Shown here piece by piece: positions 60,401 to 64,000 of a stretch of 64,000 nucleotides of DNA. The position numbers were made by a program, and so were the translations under genes. The notes under the pieces are model-generated. The model was not told the origin of the DNA and made no database searches. It saw nothing but the letters and a program-made list of their open reading frames with translations. This DNA is from Selaginella moellendorffii (lineage: Eukaryota; Plantae; Lycopodiophyta). Location: assembly GCF_000143415.4 (NCBI RefSeq), contig NW_003314325.1, positions 398,567 to 462,566 on the forward strand. Direction: 5' to 3'. Position 1 is the stretch's first letter. Each line of letters starts with the position of its first letter.

Positions 60401-61631
60401 TGCATCGGCGAAGAATGTTGTCAATTCCGAGTTTGTAGAGAGTGCCTCCAATGATTGAGTATCGTCGGGTTTTAGCAACAAAAGTCTTCTTTTGGTCGGA
60501 CGTAGTGTACTGATCTGGAACTTTTGCTGAGTTGAGGTAACTGAAGACGTCATCGAGCCAGGTTGCTGGTATTGAAACTCGGAATAGGTTTGAGTCGGGT
60601 AAGTCATCGGTAAGTATTTCGGGTTTGTCGCCGGTGGTGATCCGGCTGAGATAATCTGCTTGTTCATGATTTTTGCCGGGTTTGTGGACGATCTCGAAGT
60701 TGTATTCTTGTAGTAAAAGGAACCATCTTGATATTCGACCAGATAGTATTGGCTTGTTGATGAGGTAAAGGAGTGCCTTGTGGTCGACGAAAATTACGAC
60801 TTTAGTTGATAGTATGTAGTGTCGAAACTTCTGAAGTGAGTAGATCATGCCGAGAGCTTCTTTCTCGGTGGTGGTGTAATTTCGTTCAGCTGGGTTGAGT
60901 AGTCGGCTGGCGTAGTAGATCGGTTGATCGCGGTTGTCGTGTTGAGTTTGGCTCAGAATTGCACCACTGGCGACATCGGAAGTGTCGACATGAATGTGGA
61001 ACTCTTGTGTCCAGTCAGGCTTGGCAAGGATCGGTGCTGTTGTTAGTTTGAGTCGGAGATTATCGAATGCTTGTTGCTGTTCGGACGTCCATGTCCATTG
61101 GGCATCTTGTTTTAGTCCATCGGTGAGTGGTTTGGCAATGTGAGCGTACTTGTGGATGAATCGTCGGTGATATCCTACTTTGCCGAGGAAGCACCGAAGT
61201 TCTTTCTGGTTCTTCGGCGGTTCAAGTTTGGAGATGACGTCAACTTTGTCCTTGTCGATGAGAATGCCATGTTTGCAGACAACGTGGCCGAGGAGTACTC
61301 CAGATTTGACGAAGAAAGCACATTTGTCGGGGTTGAGTGCTATGTTGTTCTCCTCACACTTGTTGAGGCATTTCTCCAGGCATTCAAGATGTTGATCTTC
61401 CGAGCTGAACACGCTGAAGTCGTCCATGAAGACTCTCATGAAGTCAGTGAGGTAGTCTCGGAAAGTGTTGGTAACAAGCCTTTGGAAGGTGAATGGGGCG
61501 TTGCAGAGTCCAAAAGGCATTCGTCGATAAGCATAGGCTCCCCATGGACTGATGAATGCTGTCTTGTGCTGATCTTCTTCGGCGATGTGAATTTGGTTGT
61601 AGCCGGAGAAACCATCGAGGAAGGAATACAT
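57429..61631 (-). CDS. pol: Retrotransposon Pol (RT-RNase H-integrase) fused in frame to a long 3' extra ORF
   Basis: FLDGFSGYNQI, MPFGLCNAP, FMDD, HVDTSD, HDGPSGGH...CDTC, WGLDFVGP, TDRG, NGQAE; ~630 further codons after integrase. Confidence 0.92.
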   Translation of the reverse strand: MYSFLDGFSGYNQIHIAEEDQHKTAFISPWGAYAYRRMPFGLCNAPFTFQRLVTNTFRDYLTDFMRVFMDDFSVFSSEDQHLECLEKCLNKCEENNIALNPDKCAFFVKSGVLLGHVVCKHGILIDKDKVDVISKLEPPKNQKELRCFLGKVGYHRRFIHKYAHIAKPLTDGLKQDAQWTWTSEQQQAFDNLRLKLTTAPILAKPDWTQEFHIHVDTSDVASGAILSQTQHDNRDQPIYYASRLLNPAERNYTTTEKEALGMIYSLQKFRHYILSTKVVIFVDHKALLYLINKPILSGRISRWFLLLQEYNFEIVHKPGKNHEQADYLSRITTGDKPEILTDDLPDSNLFRVSIPATWLDDVFSYLNSAKVPDQYTTSDQKKTFVAKTRRYSIIGGTLYKLGIDNILRRCIKQPHTTQIIKEAHDGPSGGHFTADTTTRKILQAGLWWPTLWHDTEEFCKCCDTCQRHRLPPKTQTQQLNPTFPMAPFQKWGLDFVGPQVSTRRRNQYIIVATDYTTKWAEAIPLQHATAKATATFIYENIITRFGTPLELVTDRGTHFINQTIEHLATEFKLRHKTSTPYYPQGNGQAEATNKTLKTILKKVINDSSKDWDDKLLDVLWAYRTAYKVTTDMTPFKLAFGTEAITPIEFIVPSMRVTVKYNLDTRHAVRERLQQLEHLDELRLNALWTLHAIQKQRKARHDRQASRHNIPKYSVDDHVLWYRGPIGKLGRKLHTNWQGPFKIIELYPNGIAKVSTLAEDFTEIVNLNKLRPYHVNIFNINTSTNFRPKPTNTPKPTINTHPNRQTLTQISSIQLNSTQHELIHQLQQQTAAKICKSQATVGSTPPEQISIVELELTSSPISTIDLQSSQIKPHQFRQQISTVHHQQSSAARSANQQLQVSRTLTGRALRSQKMKRKMPAHPPRCLRYVIHHIPRLPSNDTTTWLKDHGFELLHKAFSTHPDQKLARKLAASFNPKNSTITDGTNEITLSPARIASVFKISNKGLLKFSGEVPQQIIKANREITGELTWEDIDEQHMDRLKALLLYYELRPTDRTIGKRTAEVYGALLDGKRVNVAHHLHELLLKLLDRAILATLNKKTMRTVIFPLLIALHQALPNKQPWTTQTNSTEQSDSSEEHSESEGATPSKKQKPASQQSGSTHSNNTSSSNKHSNNSTPLRRRFTRKTPANPAPKPLIREHLIISDKEHNSHHHQQSPQNPHPLESAPKPTTSHKHINIAKEKRQLITQNSISTPAENNILNAPTSLTRSTKENIDYLRQSLEEHATMSPPANTTTSIHKNSAPSTKFQAKNFSMDKLISTPHLGRSSTIKLKSSSPTTSKNLAQPRHPHPTKQIQPPVTSTPGTKNRANPSEKHQDHRAGAGAATMPQPQSQVRRDYDEIRKE

Positions 61632-64000
61632 CTCGTGTCCAGCGACTACGTCAAGAACTTCGTCGGTAAATGGTATCGGGAAGACATCTTTTTCGGTGGC
61701 GTCGTTGAGCTGTTTATAGTTGACGCAGATTCAAAGTTTGCCATTTTTCTTCGGTACAACCACCAGTGGTGAAAGCCATATCAGATTCTGAATTGGGTAG
61801 ATGTACTCGACATGGAGAAGCTTGTCGAGTTCTTTCTTTACTTGTGCCATCAGATTCGGATTCATCCGGTAGGCTGCTTGTCTTCTTGGTTTTGAGTCTG
61901 GAAGAAGGGTGATGGTGTGAAGGCTGAGTTTTGGCGAAACTCCCTTAAGGTCTCGATAACTCCAAGCAAACAAGTGTTTCTTCTTTCGGAGAAGATTGAT
62001 GCCTTTGTCTCAAAAACTTGCCGAGATGTCAATGGCGAGTACAATGTAGTGTTCGTTGCCATCGTCGGCAAGGCTGACTTTTTCGAGTTTTTGGTCTGCT
62101 GGAATTGATGGAATGTAGGCAACTTTGTTGTGGTTATCGACTGTGAATGCCGGTGGCGCTTCGAGTTTTGTATCTCGAGTGACTGGATTTTTCAGTGCTG
62201 ATGTAATCGGGGGTCGTTCTCGTTGGAAGTCGGCGACAATTCGGAAGAGGTCGATCTCGGCCAAAGGTTCGAGATCGGGGTAGGCTGTGAGAATTTGTTG
62301 TTCTTGATAGTTGTCGAGGCCATCTTCGAGATTATATTCTTCCAAGTCAATAGGTCGGTTGTGGCTGGACAGTGATTTAGTCGCTTTTGTCGACACAGTT
62401 GTTGGTCCGTCTGGTCCGTGAAGGATAAGATTGTCATTGGGCCAATCTTGATAAACTTGGGCAGTTCAGAGCCAAGGTCGACCGAGGAGAATTGAGTATC
62501 CGTCGGTCTGCTCCGGTAGTTTGAGGACGACATAGTTGACTGGTATTTTGACGCCTTGAATGGTGGTGTTGACTTTTCGGATGATGCCTTTGGGTTGAAC
62601 AGATCGGTGGTCGGCCATTCGGACATTGAAAGGTGCTGGGTGAACTGGGCCAATGTTGAGTTGTTGAACAAGACTTTCTTCAATAATATTAACGCTGGAG
62701 CCGCCGTCAATTATGGCTCCTCGAACAAGATGTTTGTCGAGTCGTAGGTCGATTGTCGGAACATCATTGTCACAATCGCCTGGTTGAATCTCGGTTCAAA
62801 ATGTGTCAACAGCTGTCTGTGTTGAGTTGAGTGTGGGCGAGTCTATCAAAGTGTTGGTCGGTGCAGATGTCAGATCAGTGAGCTGTTTGGTGAGGTAGGG
62901 TGCAATCTTCAGCAGTTGGCCAATGGTGATCTGAATATTTTGGTTGAGGATAGTCTCTGCGACTGCTTGGATTTTGTCGAAGTTTGCCGAATTGTGTTCT
63001 GGTGTCGGTGTCGATGTTGGACGATTTGTCTGTCCGTTTTCTGGTATTGAGTCTTGGCATTGTTGTCGAGCTAGTGATGGTTGAGCTTCATTGTCGGAGT
63101 CTAAAATCACTAATTCGGATGGGTGTAGAGCGAGTTGCTGCTGTATCTTGGCAGCTAACTTCTGCTTCTTTTTCCATTCCCGGAGTTTTGTCGGGCTCTC
63201 AGGGCCTTTCTCTTCACTATCTCCGGAATCTCTATCCGGTTGTTGTTGTTTTTCTGCTCGAATTTGTGCTCGGGTTTGTACTGCCATGACTTGAGGATCT
63301 GAGTCGTCATTGTCGGCATAAGGTAGTTCGTCGGTCTCGACCATCCTTGTTGTTGGTGGTTGCTGCTGGTTCTGATCTTGTTGTCGAGGAGGCGGTGGAC
63401 CAAGTCTCGGCGAACCGCCTTGGTTTTGAAGTCGAGGTTGCCATAGTCGGTTGTTGTAGTTGCCTTGGTAGGCCTGGTCTTGATAACCTTGGCCTTGGTA
63501 TCTTCGGTTTTGGTATCTTGGGTATTGTTGGTATCCTTGGTTGTAGTTGTCTCGGTTTGCCGGGTAGTTCCGGTTCGGCAGGTATTGTCGATCGTTGTAG
63601 TTGTTGTTGTAGTCGTTGTTGTAATTGTTGTAGTTGTTGTAGCGAGGTTGATCATTCCATTGTCGACTCTGGTGTTGGAAGTTGTTTCTGAGCGGTCTCC
63701 AGTTTGTTGGAGGTGGTGCTTGGTGATTGTCGAAGTATTGATTTGGATATGCTTGTCGAAACTGCTGTCGGGGAGAGTTCGAGACTTGTCGAACTTCTGG
63801 AGAATTTCAAAATCTGCAAGTCTTGGCGTCATGACCTTCTTTGGCACAGATTTGGCATTTGGAGATTTGGAGTTTGCAGTCACTTGCCGGATGTCCTTCG
63901 TTCTTGCACTTAGTACACCAAATTCCAGATCGAAATTCTTTGATGTCGGTCTTGGCTTTTCCCTTGAGCTTGTCGATTGTTTTCCTGAGTTTCCGAAGCT

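Larger units (their letters stand above)
56113..64000 (-). mobile_element. Ty3/gypsy LTR retrotransposon, non-chromovirus type (Athila/Tat/Selgy-like), 5' end outside the window
   Basis: Gag CCHC pair CTKCKNEGHPASDC/CQICAKEGHDAKTC (~63830-63920); protease IIDGGSSVNI (~62690-62715); RT, RNase H and integrase follow in gypsy order; stops and frameshifts near 62796, 62010 and 61731. Confidence 0.95.

Overview
Compact eukaryotic nuclear DNA from a land plant. The very short (~50-80 nt) GT-AG introns, tight gene packing, expanded-type PPR and CYP71-clan genes and lineage-specific families point to a lycophyte such as Selaginella; this is an inference and was not searched. About 8.6-30 kb is a dense housekeeping block: epsin/ENTH, tRNA-Arg(TCT), an unknown repeat protein, RPL30, RFC3 plus a decayed 3' duplicate, a PSKR-type LRR receptor kinase, a GARP/MYB factor, a zf-4CXXC_R1+DDT protein, an FAD monooxygenase, and mitochondrial L46 flanked by an inverted tRNA-Lys pair. 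The flanks are accessory. At 1-4.7 kb is an eroded cassette with a ParB/Srx-like domain (hidden from the ORF track by one TAG), a degenerate DNA amino-methyltransferase-like segment, an acidic linker and an FCP1/NIF-type HAD phosphatase; this is the best candidate for an undescribed system. At 30.3-32.7 kb is an intact, intronless Crinkler-type (header + AAA+ ATPase + restriction-endonuclease-fold) gene. The 33-56 kb region is a mosaic of gene fragments (a three-copy CCHC-knuckle family, DEAH11/12-type helicase-RBR, RAD5/HLTF, PPR), an old Ty3/gypsy remnant, a 5S-rRNA-bearing Cassandra-like LTR and an intact P450. From 56.1 kb to the end is a younger non-chromovirus Ty3/gypsy element whose pol frame runs on into a long extra ORF.
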